This document shows positions 29,913 to 40,442 of a stretch of DNA of 40,499 nt, piece after piece; within the stretch, counting starts at the first letter, position 1; every line of letters begins with the position of its first letter. The stretch covers positions 24,169 through 64,667 of the forward strand of contig DEOR01000044.1 in the NCBI GenBank assembly GCA_002358345.1, read 5' to 3'. The position numbers and the translations under genes were made by a program. The stretch comes from Proteobacteria bacterium UBA3413. Its GTDB lineage: Bacteria > Pseudomonadota > Gammaproteobacteria > Magnimaribacterales > D2472. The notes under the pieces were generated by a model. It saw only the letters and a program-made list of their open reading frames with translations. It made no database searches and was not told where the DNA came from.

Positions 29913-30928
29913 AAATTAGCTTTCTTTTTTAAAAGATCTAAAGCCACATCAACAATCATGTCTTCTTGACCCCCAACCATTTTTCTTTTGCCTAGTTCCA
30001 CTAGAATGTCTCGAGTATCTAGTTCATAGAGTTCAGCAGCAGATTCAGCGTGACGTAAAAAGGATGAATATACTCCCGCATAACCAAGAGTTAAAGTTTC
30101 TCTATCCACCCTAACCGGTCTGTCCTGTAGAGGCCTTACAAGCTCTTCTGCAGCATCCATTAATTTAAATAAATCAGTTCCGTGAGACCAGCCCAATCGA
30201 TCAATCGCAGCTATGAAAACCTCTAAAGGTGCATTTCCTGCTCCAGCCCCCATCCCTGCTAAACTCGCATCAATCCGATCCGCACCATTTTCAACAGCGA
30301 TAATGGAATTTGCGACACCTAGGGATAGATTATGGTGAGCATGCATTCCTGTTTGGGTTTCTGGATTTAACTCACCTTTAAATGCTTGAAAGCGCTCAGC
30401 TACATCCTGCATACTCAGCGCACCACCAGAATCAACAACATAAACGCACTGCGCTCCATAAGACTCCATAAGCTTAGCTTGAGCTGCTAAGTTTGATGGC
30501 GTTGTCATATGCGACATCATTAAAAATCCAATAGTATCCATTCCTAACTCTCTTGCAAACTCAATGTGCTGCCTGGAAACATCTGCTTCTGTGCAATGAG
30601 TTGCCACTCGAACTGATCGAACGCCTAAATCCCATGCCCATTTTAAATCTTCTTTGATCGCAATGCCTGGAAGTATTAGCGTGGTAAGTTTTGCATGCTT
30701 AAGATTATCCGCAACTGCAGCGATCCATTCCTGATCTGTGTGTGCGCCAAAACCATAATTAAATGAAGAGCCAGATAACCCATCTCCATGAGCAACCTCA
30801 ATAGCATCAACTTTTGCATCGTCTAATGCTTTGGCTATCTCCACCACGTGATCTAGACCATATTGATGGCGAATAGCATGCATGCCATCTCTTAAAGTTA
30901 CATCCTGTATATATATTTTTTTTGTCAT
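29909..30928 (-). CDS. dmpG: 4-hydroxy-2-oxovalerate/hexanoate aldolase (DmpG/HsaF/TesG)
   Basis: 'DVTLRDGMH', 'EVAHGDGL', 'ATHCTEAD', 'HAHHNL' and 'VGGQEDMI'. Confidence 0.95.
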   Translation of the reverse strand: MTKKIYIQDVTLRDGMHAIRHQYGLDHVVEIAKALDDAKVDAIEVAHGDGLSGSSFNYGFGAHTDQEWIAAVADNLKHAKLTTLILPGIAIKEDLKWAWDLGVRSVRVATHCTEADVSRQHIEFARELGMDTIGFLMMSHMTTPSNLAAQAKLMESYGAQCVYVVDSGGALSMQDVAERFQAFKGELNPETQTGMHAHHNLSLGVANSIIAVENGADRIDASLAGMGAGAGNAPLEVFIAAIDRLGWSHGTDLFKLMDAAEELVRPLQDRPVRVDRETLTLGYAGVYSSFLRHAESAAELYELDTRDILVELGKRKMVGGQEDMIVDVALDLLKKKANL

Positions 30929-31848
30929 GAGTTTAATTTTATTAATTCTTCAGCCGTTCCCATTGCAGCAGACGTCATGATGTCCAAATTACCAGCATAC
31001 TTGGGTAGGTAATGGCCTGCGCCCTCTACTTCAAGAAAAATTGATGCTTTCAGGCCCTCAAATTCTCCATATCCCGGAATCGAGCAAAGGTTATTGGATC
31101 CAAAGCGCTCAAACTGTACCTCTTGTTTTAAACGATATCCTGGAACATAGTTTTGCACTTTAGCAACCATCATCTCAACGCTCTCTTTCACTAATTGCTG
31201 GTCAACTGGATCGCATAATGTAAAGACTGTATTTCTCATCAACAAAGGTGGGTCAGCTGGATTAAGCACAATAATTGCTTTGGCCCGATCTGCTCCTCCA
31301 ACTTTCTCCAAGCCAAGGGCTGTGGTTTGAGTAAATTCATCTATGTTCGCTCTGGTTCCAGGGCCTGCAGACTTTGATGAGACTGAGGAAACGATTTCAG
31401 CATACCGGACACTAGAGATTTGATTGACTGCAGCCACCATGGGAATAGTTGCTTGGCCGCCACAAGTGACCATGTTGACGTTTTTTTCTTGGAGGTGCTC
31501 AGGGAGGTTAACTACGGGCACGCAATATGGTCCTATAGCCGCTGGTGTTAAATCAATCATTTGCTTTCCGTCTTTTGAGATTAATTCATGGTGGGCTTTA
31601 TGAGCTCCAGCGGAAGTGGCATCAAAAAATATTTGAGTATCATTGTACTCAGGCATTTCCATAAAGCCTTGCAAGCCTTCTGAGGAAATAGGAATATTTA
31701 GAGATTGAGCCATAGCTAGGCCTTCAGATTCAGGGTCAATACCAATAACACCTGTGAGGTTGAGAACTTCAGATGTATTTACAATCTTCAGCATGAGATC
31801 AGTTCCAATATTCCCAGAACCTATAATTGCGCAGTTAGTTTTTATCAT
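30925..31848 (-). CDS. dmpF: Acylating acetaldehyde/propanal dehydrogenase (DmpF/HsaG/TesF)
   Basis: '[11 protein letters not shown]', catalytic '[12 protein letters not shown]', '[13 protein letters not shown]' and 'YAGNLDIMT'. Confidence 0.95.
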   Translation of the reverse strand: MIKTNCAIIGSGNIGTDLMLKIVNTSEVLNLTGVIGIDPESEGLAMAQSLNIPISSEGLQGFMEMPEYNDTQIFFDATSAGAHKAHHELISKDGKQMIDLTPAAIGPYCVPVVNLPEHLQEKNVNMVTCGGQATIPMVAAVNQISSVRYAEIVSSVSSKSAGPGTRANIDEFTQTTALGLEKVGGADRAKAIIVLNPADPPLLMRNTVFTLCDPVDQQLVKESVEMMVAKVQNYVPGYRLKQEVQFERFGSNNLCSIPGYGEFEGLKASIFLEVEGAGHYLPKYAGNLDIMTSAAMGTAEELIKLNS

Positions 31849-31850
31849 AA

Positions 31851-32636
31851 TTAAATAAAATTGATCTCGCAGGTCCCAACACCTTTGAGTTCCATTAAAA
31901 ATTTATCTCCGGGAACTGCTGGCTCCAAAGGTACCAAAGAACCAGATAAAATAATTTCATTTTTCAGCAAAGGAATGTCGTATTCACCCAAAGTGTTTGC
32001 CAGCCATGCAACTGCTTCTGCAGGATGACCTTGAACTGCAGAACCAACCCCTGACGATAGGAACTCTCCATTCTTATGCACCTCGACCTCCAAGGTATTC
32101 ATAGAAAACTTGTCAGGGGGGCACTCGCCCTCACCTAAGACAAATATTCCACAAGAGGCATTGTCAGCCACGGTATCTTGAATTTTAATGTTCCAGTCAA
32201 GAATGCGGGAATCAACGATCTCAAAACAAGGCAAGATTTTAGCAGTTGCTTGGATCACATCTTCTTTAGTGATTCCAGGACCATGCAAATCATCTTTTAA
32301 AATAAATGCTATTTCTGCTTCGGCGCGAGGTTGAATTAATGAGCCTTGTATAGAGAAGTCTGATTTATTTAAAACCTGCATAGTATTAGTCAAAAAACCA
32401 AAATCTGGCTGGTTAACTCCGAGCATCTCCTGAACCACCGAGCTTGTTACACCAATTTTTTTGCCCACAATTTTTTCGCCCTGCTCTTCACGGAGCGATA
32501 AGAATTTGCGGGAAATTTGATATGCATCGTTAATATTAATTTCAGGAAATTTATCTGTTAAAGGTGCAATCGTTTGCTGATTTCTTAGCGCTAAAAATAG
32601 CTCAGCCGCGATGTCATTGATCGTATTTAAGTTCAT
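31851..32636 (-). CDS. hsaE: 2-hydroxy-dienoate hydratase (HsaE/TesE/MhpD)
   Basis: 'GKKIGVTS', 'QPDFG', '[10 protein letters not shown]', 'EIVDSRI' and '[10 protein letters not shown]'. Confidence 0.9.
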   Translation of the reverse strand: MNLNTINDIAAELFLALRNQQTIAPLTDKFPEININDAYQISRKFLSLREEQGEKIVGKKIGVTSSVVQEMLGVNQPDFGFLTNTMQVLNKSDFSIQGSLIQPRAEAEIAFILKDDLHGPGITKEDVIQATAKILPCFEIVDSRILDWNIKIQDTVADNASCGIFVLGEGECPPDKFSMNTLEVEVHKNGEFLSSGVGSAVQGHPAEAVAWLANTLGEYDIPLLKNEIILSGSLVPLEPAVPGDKFLMELKGVGTCEINFI

Positions 32637-32639
32637 TAT

Positions 32640-33449
32640 CTAGTTCTTTAAAAAATTAATACAAGCGGAATTAAAAACCTCTTCTTGCTCTATCATGACC
32701 CAATGACCGCACTGACTGAATAGCATGACTTGGGCATTGGGACAATGCTCGCCTATTTTCATAGCACCAGATACAGGGATAAATTGATCGTTCATGCCCC
32801 AAAATGCTAATACCGGCTGATGCAGAAGATGTAATTGCTCTTCCATGTTTGGAATTGCCATGGTTGCCAAGACTTGAGAGTTCATAAGGGGCAAAATCTC
32901 CATTCTTTCTTGAACCATCTCGTCGGTAACGATGGAAGCGTCATAGGGAAATAAAGCCAAAAGCCCCTCAATCTTTTCTTGGTTCATGTCACCGCCTAAA
33001 AAATCAGACATTAATTTTTTTATTCCTGGCATCTCATTGTACATTTCTCGATCTTCAACTCCCCCGGGTGCCATCAATATGAGCTTTTGCACACGCTCCA
33101 CATGATTTAATCCAAGACCTATAGAGAGAGCCCCGCCTAAACTATTGCCAATTAAAGAGAACTTGTGAACATCCAAGATATCTAATAGTTCTATGATTTT
33201 TTGATTGAAGTAATCCATTGAATAGACAACATTATCCGGCTTACTAGAAAAGCCATACCCAGGTAAATCAGGCAAGATCACTCTAAAGCCTGCATTTTTT
33301 AGAGCAATAAAGTTTTTTTTAAAATTGGTATATCCAGATGCCCCTGTTCCACTGCCATGGAGCAGCACCACAACCTCGCCTTCACCTTCATCGTAATAAT
33401 GAAAGCGAAAACCATCTTGAACATCAATATATTGGCCTTCTGGGATCAT
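32640..33449 (-). CDS. hsaD: Meta-cleavage product C-C hydrolase (HsaD/TesD-like)
   Basis: Alpha/beta hydrolase with 'LHGSG.GASG..NF', nucleophile GNSLGG, 'WG.ND' and 'CGHWV'. Adjacent to the hydratase/aldolase genes. Confidence 0.78.
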   Translation of the reverse strand: MIPEGQYIDVQDGFRFHYYDEGEGEVVVLLHGSGTGASGYTNFKKNFIALKNAGFRVILPDLPGYGFSSKPDNVVYSMDYFNQKIIELLDILDVHKFSLIGNSLGGALSIGLGLNHVERVQKLILMAPGGVEDREMYNEMPGIKKLMSDFLGGDMNQEKIEGLLALFPYDASIVTDEMVQERMEILPLMNSQVLATMAIPNMEEQLHLLHQPVLAFWGMNDQFIPVSGAMKIGEHCPNAQVMLFSQCGHWVMIEQEEVFNSACINFLKN

Positions 33450-33453
33450 AAAA

Positions 33454-34800
33454 TTAAATCTTTGTGAGGGTTATGGGCAGCCCATCAATAGGCCTAGGCA
33501 AATGAACATGCATGAATGCTGGATCATAGTCAGGACGAAGAGTGACCTTGTAATTTTTTAATAATCTAAATAAGTACAATTTGGCATTCATTAACGCGAA
33601 ATGCATGCCTATGCATTTGTGTGCACCGCCACCAAATGGAACATAATTAAATCCATGTCTTTTATGCTCCGACCTTTCAGGAGAAAATCTCATAGGATCA
33701 AACTCCAAGGGATTGGACCACCATTCTTCCATTCGATGAGTAAATGGTGGGCTAAGCATGATCATAGTATTTGCAGGAATATCATAACCATGAACATGGA
33801 CATCTCGCGTAGTTCTTCGATTCAAGATCATTACGGAAGGATAGAATCTTAATGTTTCTTGAAAAACATATTCCGTTAATGTCATCTCAGATAAATCCTC
33901 AAAAGTTGGCATCTCATTGTTAATATTAAAAATTTCATTTCTAACTTTATCTTGCCATTCTGGATTTTTGCCAAGGTAGTAAAGAATATTAGTTAAAGCG
34001 CTTGTTGTGGTATCAAATGCAGCAAATAATAAAAATGCCATGTGGCCATCAATATCTGCATCATCAAGGTATTCACCATCCTCATCTTGTGCATTGCAAT
34101 AACGAGTAAACATATCCTCAGCATCAGAACCCCTGCGAAGTGGAATATTTGTTTTAAAAAATTGTCTAAGCTCCTCTCTTGCTTTCAGTGATTTGCTAAA
34201 GGTTGTAAATGGAATGTTATAGGGCAAAGGAGTGATTAAGCCTTTGTTAATTGTTTCAAAAATATAATTTAATCTCTGAGCCTCTGGGCTCTTCTCATCT
34301 AGGCCTATGAATACTCTTGCAGCAACATCCATGAGCGTTTCTTGAATAGCATCGTAAAAAATAAACTCTTCGTTAACAGGCATTGCTTGAATTCTTCTTT
34401 CTTGAATGGGATTGAGCATCTCCACATACGATTTCAATGCCTCTGTTTTAAAAGCCGGCTGAGAGGCTCGTCTTGTTCTCTTATGCTGCTTGTCATCCCT
34501 GATAAGCATGCCCTCAGGATATAAGGTGCCTAAAGAGCTTCCATATCCGCCTGCAGAGCTAAAATTACCTTTGGGATCAAAGAGCGCTGCCTCATTAAAC
34601 TCTGGTCCTAAGCACATCAAGATTCTTTGATTTTTTACCATATCTAAGCGCGAAACAGGGCCAAATCTTTCATAATGGTCAGTGCAAAAACCAACCGTAT
34701 CCTTAACCAAATCAATGGTCTTGCCTAAAAATGGTAACCCGTATTCTCCTGGGAATTGAGAGAGATCTCGATTATCTGGTGCTAATTTAATCTTTGACAT
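33454..34800 (-). CDS. Cytochrome P450 (CYP136-like)
   Basis: I-helix 'FAAFDTT', ExxR 'ETLR', 'FDPMRF' and heme motif 'PFGGGAHKCIG'. Confidence 0.93.
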   Translation of the reverse strand: MSKIKLAPDNRDLSQFPGEYGLPFLGKTIDLVKDTVGFCTDHYERFGPVSRLDMVKNQRILMCLGPEFNEAALFDPKGNFSSAGGYGSSLGTLYPEGMLIRDDKQHKRTRRASQPAFKTEALKSYVEMLNPIQERRIQAMPVNEEFIFYDAIQETLMDVAARVFIGLDEKSPEAQRLNYIFETINKGLITPLPYNIPFTTFSKSLKAREELRQFFKTNIPLRRGSDAEDMFTRYCNAQDEDGEYLDDADIDGHMAFLLFAAFDTTTSALTNILYYLGKNPEWQDKVRNEIFNINNEMPTFEDLSEMTLTEYVFQETLRFYPSVMILNRRTTRDVHVHGYDIPANTMIMLSPPFTHRMEEWWSNPLEFDPMRFSPERSEHKRHGFNYVPFGGGAHKCIGMHFALMNAKLYLFRLLKNYKVTLRPDYDPAFMHVHLPRPIDGLPITLTKI

Positions 34801-34812
34801 GGTGCTACCTTA

Positions 34813-35586
34813 CTATGAATTCTTACTTAATAGTTTCCACCAGTAATTTGGGAAAAACCTTCGAATTCTAGTTGCATACAACGCATCGGAGGTCGGAAAA
34901 CAAATAACTTTATTAGTCAATAAATCTCTTTCTATGGCTGTGACCACTTCTTCTGGATCATTGAGAGCCCCTTTGTTTCTTGCCTTGCTAATAGAGCTCG
35001 GGGCGTCAGTCTCATCAACAAATCTCATTAATGGGGTATCTGTCATAGCTGGGCAAACCAGTAAAACTCGAATAGCTGTATCTTCTAATTCTTTAGCTAA
35101 AATTTCTCCAAACATATTTACTGCAGCTTTAGAGGCACTATAAGCAGCCATATTTTCAACCGGGCATGTGCCTGCAATAGAGCCAAAAAGTATAATTTGT
35201 CCCTCGTTTCTCTCCATCATTTCAGGGAGAACACTTGTAACAATATTAACCGTGCCTTCGTAATTAATTCTCATGAGCATGTTAATAGAGTCAGCGGATA
35301 AGTCTGACACTTTGCCCATTGGCATAATAGCGCCTGCATTTGTCACGCGATCTATGGGACCTAGCTCACTTTGCACTTGTTGAACCATGGCTTTAACTGC
35401 TGAAGTGTCTGACAGATCGCACGGAAAAATAGAAATATTATTAGATTCTTGTTTAAGGTCATGCAGCGCGCTTTCATTAACATCAACTGCGGCAACATGC
35501 ACACCGTCAGCGGCCAATCGTTTGGCTGAAATTCTTCCCATGCCACTTGCGGCACCGGTTACCAATGCAATTTTTATATCTGTCAA
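34813..35586 (-). CDS. Short-chain dehydrogenase/reductase
   Basis: TGAASGMG and YSASK. Confidence 0.9.
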   Translation of the reverse strand: MTDIKIALVTGAASGMGRISAKRLAADGVHVAAVDVNESALHDLKQESNNISIFPCDLSDTSAVKAMVQQVQSELGPIDRVTNAGAIMPMGKVSDLSADSINMLMRINYEGTVNIVTSVLPEMMERNEGQIILFGSIAGTCPVENMAAYSASKAAVNMFGEILAKELEDTAIRVLLVCPAMTDTPLMRFVDETDAPSSISKARNKGALNDPEEVVTAIERDLLTNKVICFPTSDALYATRIRRFFPNYWWKLLSKNS

Positions 35587-35596
35587 AATATATCCC

Positions 35597-36304
35597 CTAT
35601 GATTTATTGTCTTTTATCATTCTATAACGACTTGTTGGAATTACTTCAATCTTTTGAAAATCAATAAAACTACTACAACTACTCATCATTAATTCGGTAT
35701 TTTTTAGGAGCAGCTCAGCGTTGTTTTCTGCATTATAAAAAATAGATGGATTGGACATAGCCTCAGATGGAAAACACTCCTCGATCACAGCTATAAAGTT
35801 TGGAGAATCTTTTTGCAGCGGTCTAACAACAGTATTCTGCACATAGGTAAAATTTGATTGCGTCTCAATGGCAATTTTAGTGTGATGATGAGTCCAGTGA
35901 TCAAACCAATCAAAGTCACTCATATCAAGAGGTTTTTCTAAAAAAACGACTTGGGAAAATCCATCGCTTCTTTTGCCTTGATGATCCTTGCTATCATCCT
36001 GAAGAATAATCGACTCACTAACAATAAAACCTTCAACCTTTGAAGTTAAATGCTTAAGGATAGAAATAATGTTTTCAGAATAGTACTGGCTGACCACTTT
36101 AATAAAAACTATTGCATCAGGGTTTTTAGAATAATTTGTTTGAGCTAGCGCTGCTGCTGCATCGACATCCTCATCTGCAATGTTGACTTGCAAATCACTG
36201 ACTAAAGATTCTAAAGTTTCTGGTAAATCAACAAGCAGAGATTGTTTAAATTTTTCTAACGACTCAGATTCTCTTCTCCAAAGTTTAAAAACAATCTTTT
36301 CCAT
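35597..36304 (-). CDS. EthD-like (dimeric alpha/beta barrel) protein
   Basis: 'F..HW..HHT.IA.ETQ..F.Y.QN.VVR', 'EE.FP' and 'FID' match the EthD-like pattern. Confidence 0.6.
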   Translation of the reverse strand: MEKIVFKLWRRESESLEKFKQSLLVDLPETLESLVSDLQVNIADEDVDAAAALAQTNYSKNPDAIVFIKVVSQYYSENIISILKHLTSKVEGFIVSESIILQDDSKDHQGKRSDGFSQVVFLEKPLDMSDFDWFDHWTHHHTKIAIETQSNFTYVQNTVVRPLQKDSPNFIAVIEECFPSEAMSNPSIFYNAENNAELLLKNTELMMSSCSSFIDFQKIEVIPTSRYRMIKDNKS

Positions 36305-37087
36305 TTACGCTCTCTGAGAAGAAACTGAAATGACTTCACCGGTCATATAAGAAGACAGGTCTGAGGCTAAAAATAAAATTACATTTGCCACTTCCCATGG
36401 TTCAGCGCCTCTTCCATAGGCTTCTTGTGAGGATAGACTGTCAATAAGCTCTAAAGAGCTCGTCTTAGCAAGATGGGGATTCATCGCAAGGCTTGGCGCT
36501 ACAGCATTAATTCGTATTCCATGCTCAACAGTCTCCATGGCAACACATCTAGTTAAAGCCATTACACCAGCTTTAGCAGCAGCATAATGAGATTGACCTG
36601 CTTGCGCTCGCCACCCTAAAACAGAAGCATTGTTCACGATAATGCCTTGGGTCTCTTTTAAAATAGGGATAGCCGCTCGCATCATCTTCATTGCACCATT
36701 GAGGGTTACATCCATGACTAAATTCCAAGCATCATTGCTCATGGTTTCTAGCGACGACTCGCCACCCAAACCTGCATTATTAATAACTCCATCCAAATGA
36801 GAAAAACGCTCAAGTGCATGCTTGAACATCGCATCAATATCTTCGTCGGAGGTAACATTGCAAAGACAGCCATCAACCTCTCCTAATTTTAAACTCCGAA
36901 GGCTTTCAATCGCTTGATCTAACCTGCCCTGATGCACATCAGAAATAAAAACATTTGCACCTTCTTCTAAAAATCTTTTTGCAGTTGAGAATCCGATGCC
37001 AGCACCAGCTGAAGCAGTCAATAAGATGTTTTTACCAACAAAGAGATTGCGGCCCTCAGGGTATTTTGGATTCATTAAATTATTCAT
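36305..37087 (-). CDS. ipdF: IpdF-like 3-oxoacyl-CoA reductase (SDR; steroid C/D ring pathway)
   Basis: 'TASAGAGIG', 'NNAGLGG' and 'NNASVLGWRAQ.GQSHYAAAKAG' are characteristic of the Rv3559c/IpdF group. Confidence 0.8.
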   Translation of the reverse strand: MNNLMNPKYPEGRNLFVGKNILLTASAGAGIGFSTAKRFLEEGANVFISDVHQGRLDQAIESLRSLKLGEVDGCLCNVTSDEDIDAMFKHALERFSHLDGVINNAGLGGESSLETMSNDAWNLVMDVTLNGAMKMMRAAIPILKETQGIIVNNASVLGWRAQAGQSHYAAAKAGVMALTRCVAMETVEHGIRINAVAPSLAMNPHLAKTSSLELIDSLSSQEAYGRGAEPWEVANVILFLASDLSSYMTGEVISVSSQRA

Positions 37088-38238
37088 GAGCAGTTCTCTA
37101 AAATAGTAACATTTGCCTGACCGCCACCCTCACACATTGTCTGCAAGCCATAACGAATGTTGTCTCTTTTCATCGAGTGAATCATGGTGGTCATAAGCCT
37201 AGCTCCGGTAGCGCCCAGGGGATGCCCAAGAGCTATCGCCCCGCCGTTCACATTAATTTGATCCATAGGATATTGCATTTCTTTTTGCCATGCCATCGCA
37301 ACAGATGCGAAAGCTTCATTGATTTCTACTATGCCAATATCATTGAGGCTGATCCCTGATTTTTTAATTGCATACTCTGTCGCAGGCATGGGAGCTGTGA
37401 GCATCCAGATTGGATCATCTGCTCTAACGCTAATATGAGCAACGCGAGCTAAGGGAGTGAGGTTATGCTCCTTAAGAATTTTTTCAGACACTATGAGGAT
37501 TGCAGAGGAGGCATCAGCATTTTGTGAGGAGATTGCAGCAGTAATATCATGTCCTTCAATAATAGGATTGAGTGATGCCATTTTCTCCAATGATGTCTCA
37601 GCTCTGGGGGTTTCATCAGTATGGAAATCGCCAATTGGAACAATTTCATCTGCAAAATGATTGGCCTTGATTGCTCGCATGGCTTTTTGATGGCTGTCAA
37701 AGGCAAAGCTCTCCATCTCTGCTCTAGAAATTTTCCACTTTTCTGCAATCATTTGCGCAGAATTAAACTGGCTAACTTCCTGTGTTCCATAACGCTTGAC
37801 CCATCCGATAGAGCCAGAAAAGGGGTCATCAAAGCCCAGAGCTTGGCCAGCCAACATGGCATAAGAAATAGGGATCATGTTCATGTTTTGGACCCCGCCT
37901 GCAATCACAACATCAGCCGTGCCAGACATGATGGCTTGAGTGGCAAAATGCACGGCTTGTTGAGAGGAGCCACATTGACGATCAACGGTAGTCCCTGGAA
38001 CATGCTCCGGAAGTCCTGCTGCTAGCCAACAAGTTCTTGCTATATCCCCTGCTTGAGGCCCAACAGTATCAACGCACCCAAAAATAACATCCTCAACTAA
38101 ACCCGGATCTAGATTGATTTTATCAAACGTAGCCGAAAGAATAGCGGCGCCTAGATCGGCGGGGTGCATATTGGACAAAGAACCTTTCTTCTTTCCAATT
38201 GGGGTCCTTAAGGCGCTAACAATATAGGCATCTTGCAT
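37084..38238 (-). CDS. fadA6: Acetyl-CoA C-acyltransferase (thiolase), FadA6-like
   Basis: Catalytic 'DRQCGSSQQA', 'NEAFA', 'GHPLGATG' and 'TMCEGGGQAN'. 'GCVD.VGPQAGDIAR..WL' is as in FadA6. Confidence 0.82.
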   Translation of the reverse strand: MQDAYIVSALRTPIGKKKGSLSNMHPADLGAAILSATFDKINLDPGLVEDVIFGCVDTVGPQAGDIARTCWLAAGLPEHVPGTTVDRQCGSSQQAVHFATQAIMSGTADVVIAGGVQNMNMIPISYAMLAGQALGFDDPFSGSIGWVKRYGTQEVSQFNSAQMIAEKWKISRAEMESFAFDSHQKAMRAIKANHFADEIVPIGDFHTDETPRAETSLEKMASLNPIIEGHDITAAISSQNADASSAILIVSEKILKEHNLTPLARVAHISVRADDPIWMLTAPMPATEYAIKKSGISLNDIGIVEINEAFASVAMAWQKEMQYPMDQINVNGGAIALGHPLGATGARLMTTMIHSMKRDNIRYGLQTMCEGGGQANVTILENCS

Positions 38239-38249
38239 ATTTAATTCCT

Positions 38250-39287
38250 CTAAAAAGTGTATAGAACGCCAAGCTCATCTTTTGATGACTTGAGTGTATT
38301 AAAAATAATATCTTGTTGTTTGTCTTCATTGCCCCAGCAAGCCATTAAAGACCAAGCTTTTCGCATAAAAATATGAAGATCCATCTCCCACGTGTATCCC
38401 ATGGCACCATGAACCTGAATGCTATTCTTACAGGCAAGCTCTGCAGCTCTAGAACTCATATACTTTGCGTGAGCACAATGCAAAGCAGATTTAGGATTAT
38501 TGTCTGCCAAAGAATAGGCTGCGCGATAAACTGCTGGCCTAGCAAACTCTATTGCTACAGCAACATCAGCCAGCATATGCTTCACTGCTTGAAACGAGCC
38601 AATAGGCTTACCAAATTGAGTTCTATCAAGAGCATAAGCTGAGCTTAGATCAATCATCTTTTGTGATAATCCAACCAAAAAAGCCGCAGTCATAAGAGCA
38701 CCCCTTGATGACACAGCAGAATTTAATATTTCAAAATTTTCAGTTGATGAGATGGAGTGATTGATAGATTTAATCTTAGCTAACTCCCTAGAGGGGTCGT
38801 TTGAGGCAACCTCTTCGAACTCTAAGTCATGTCTTGCAACAAACTGATAAGAGTCTTCTTCGAATAATAGGAGTCCAGCAGATTCATTTAAGAATAATGG
38901 ATTGGGTGCTAAAGGATGTGACACTGAAATATACGAAGCACCGGACATGTGATGTTCTTGAATTTTTTTCTGCATTTCAGCAGGCAGGAGATCCAAAAGA
39001 TCATTGATTAGAAAAGTTTGTTCAGCTACAGGTTCTGGGAGCCCCACGTAACCCATCTCCTCCACCATTAAGGCCAGCGCCACCTGATCCATCCCAAGAC
39101 CACCATACTCTTCTGATAAATTTGAACTCAATACGCCTAACTCCTCCAAACCCTTCCATCTATTTTGATTGAAAGATTTTTTTTCAGCCCAGCCGCTTCT
39201 TATGGATGCGGGTGTACATTCATCCTTTAAAAAAGCCTTGATGGCATCTTTAAATTGTATGTGCTCTTCAGTGAAAATAAAGTTCAT
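38250..39287 (-). CDS. Acyl-CoA dehydrogenase, short heteromeric subunit (FadE32-like)
   Basis: 'R.QFGKPIGSFQAVKH.LAD' and 'QVHGAMGYTWE.DL' with a reduced middle domain. Tandem with the FadE31-like gene. Confidence 0.85.
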   Translation of the reverse strand: MNFIFTEEHIQFKDAIKAFLKDECTPASIRSGWAEKKSFNQNRWKGLEELGVLSSNLSEEYGGLGMDQVALALMVEEMGYVGLPEPVAEQTFLINDLLDLLPAEMQKKIQEHHMSGASYISVSHPLAPNPLFLNESAGLLLFEEDSYQFVARHDLEFEEVASNDPSRELAKIKSINHSISSTENFEILNSAVSSRGALMTAAFLVGLSQKMIDLSSAYALDRTQFGKPIGSFQAVKHMLADVAVAIEFARPAVYRAAYSLADNNPKSALHCAHAKYMSSRAAELACKNSIQVHGAMGYTWEMDLHIFMRKAWSLMACWGNEDKQQDIIFNTLKSSKDELGVLYTF

Positions 39288-39290
39288 GAC

Positions 39291-40442
39291 TTACTTAGGT
39301 AGCCCCAATAATCTTTCTGCAATAATATTTTTTTGAATCTCGTTGGTGCCTGCATAAATTGGCCCTGCATAAGAAAACATAAAGCCTTTAATCCATGCTG
39401 CAGCATCATGCTTTGAGTCTTGTGATAATTCAGCACTGGCTCCAAGTATCTTCAGTGCTGTTTGATGCATCATATGATCTAACTCTGACCAAAAAATTTT
39501 ACCTAAACTAGACTCTGAACCGATAGATCCACCTGCAAGCATTTTCGATGCAGTGTGATAGATACTTAGTGCATAAGATTCTGATTGTGCCCATGCTTCA
39601 ACAATCTTGGCTTGCATGACAGGCGAGCAATCTCTCTCATTGTCCAAATAAAGCTGTAATAACTTAGCTGCTGTCTGTTGAAAGCGCGCAGGACTTCTTA
39701 GCATCAACCCTCTTTCAAAACCTGCTGTTGCCATTGCAATTTTCCACCCTTCCCCATCCCCGCCTAGAAGATTCTCTACCGGCACTTTCACATCATCAAA
39801 ATATATTTCTGCAAAGCCCGGCTCACCATCTAGCTGAGCAATGGGCCTAACGGTTATGCCTGGAAGGTCTAATGGAACAAGAATAAATGATAGACCTCTA
39901 TGTCTTTCTGAATCAAGATCTGTTCTAAACAAGCCAAAAGTCCAATCCGCGTAGGCTGCGCGTGATGACCAAGTTTTTTGGCCGTTAATAGTGTAAAAAC
40001 CATCTGTCAAAACAGCCGTTGTGCGAATAGCTGCCATGTCGCTTCCCGCTCCTGGTTCCGACCATCCCTGAGCCCATATATGATCACCAGTTGCCATGGC
40101 ATTTAAAAATTTGGATTTCTGCTCATGAGTACCAAACTCCATCAAGGTAGGGCCAAGAAGAAAGACTCCATTTTGATTCACTCTCAAGGGTGCTTCTGCT
40201 CGATAGTATTCTTCTTCAAAAATTAACCACTCAATTAAATCTAGGCCTCTTCCACCATATTCTTTTGGCCAAGTCACCATGGACCAGTTACCAGAATTCA
40301 GTTTTTTTTCCCATTCTCTATGTTGCTCAAAACCCTCCTTGGTGTCTAAAGACGCAAGAGTTTTACTGGGAACATTCTGCTCAAGCCATGAGCGAATCTC
40401 TAACCTAAAAGCATCTTGCTCTGAAGTAAAATTAATCTTCAT
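39291..40442 (-). CDS. Acyl-CoA dehydrogenase, FadE31-like
   Basis: 'EGFEQHR.W', 'FEEEY.RA.AP.R', 'WAQGWSEP.AGSD', 'LRSPARF' and 'GPIYAGTNEIQ.NIIAERLLGLP'. Confidence 0.9.
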   Translation of the reverse strand: MKINFTSEQDAFRLEIRSWLEQNVPSKTLASLDTKEGFEQHREWEKKLNSGNWSMVTWPKEYGGRGLDLIEWLIFEEEYYRAEAPLRVNQNGVFLLGPTLMEFGTHEQKSKFLNAMATGDHIWAQGWSEPGAGSDMAAIRTTAVLTDGFYTINGQKTWSSRAAYADWTFGLFRTDLDSERHRGLSFILVPLDLPGITVRPIAQLDGEPGFAEIYFDDVKVPVENLLGGDGEGWKIAMATAGFERGLMLRSPARFQQTAAKLLQLYLDNERDCSPVMQAKIVEAWAQSESYALSIYHTASKMLAGGSIGSESSLGKIFWSELDHMMHQTALKILGASAELSQDSKHDAAAWIKGFMFSYAGPIYAGTNEIQKNIIAERLLGLPK

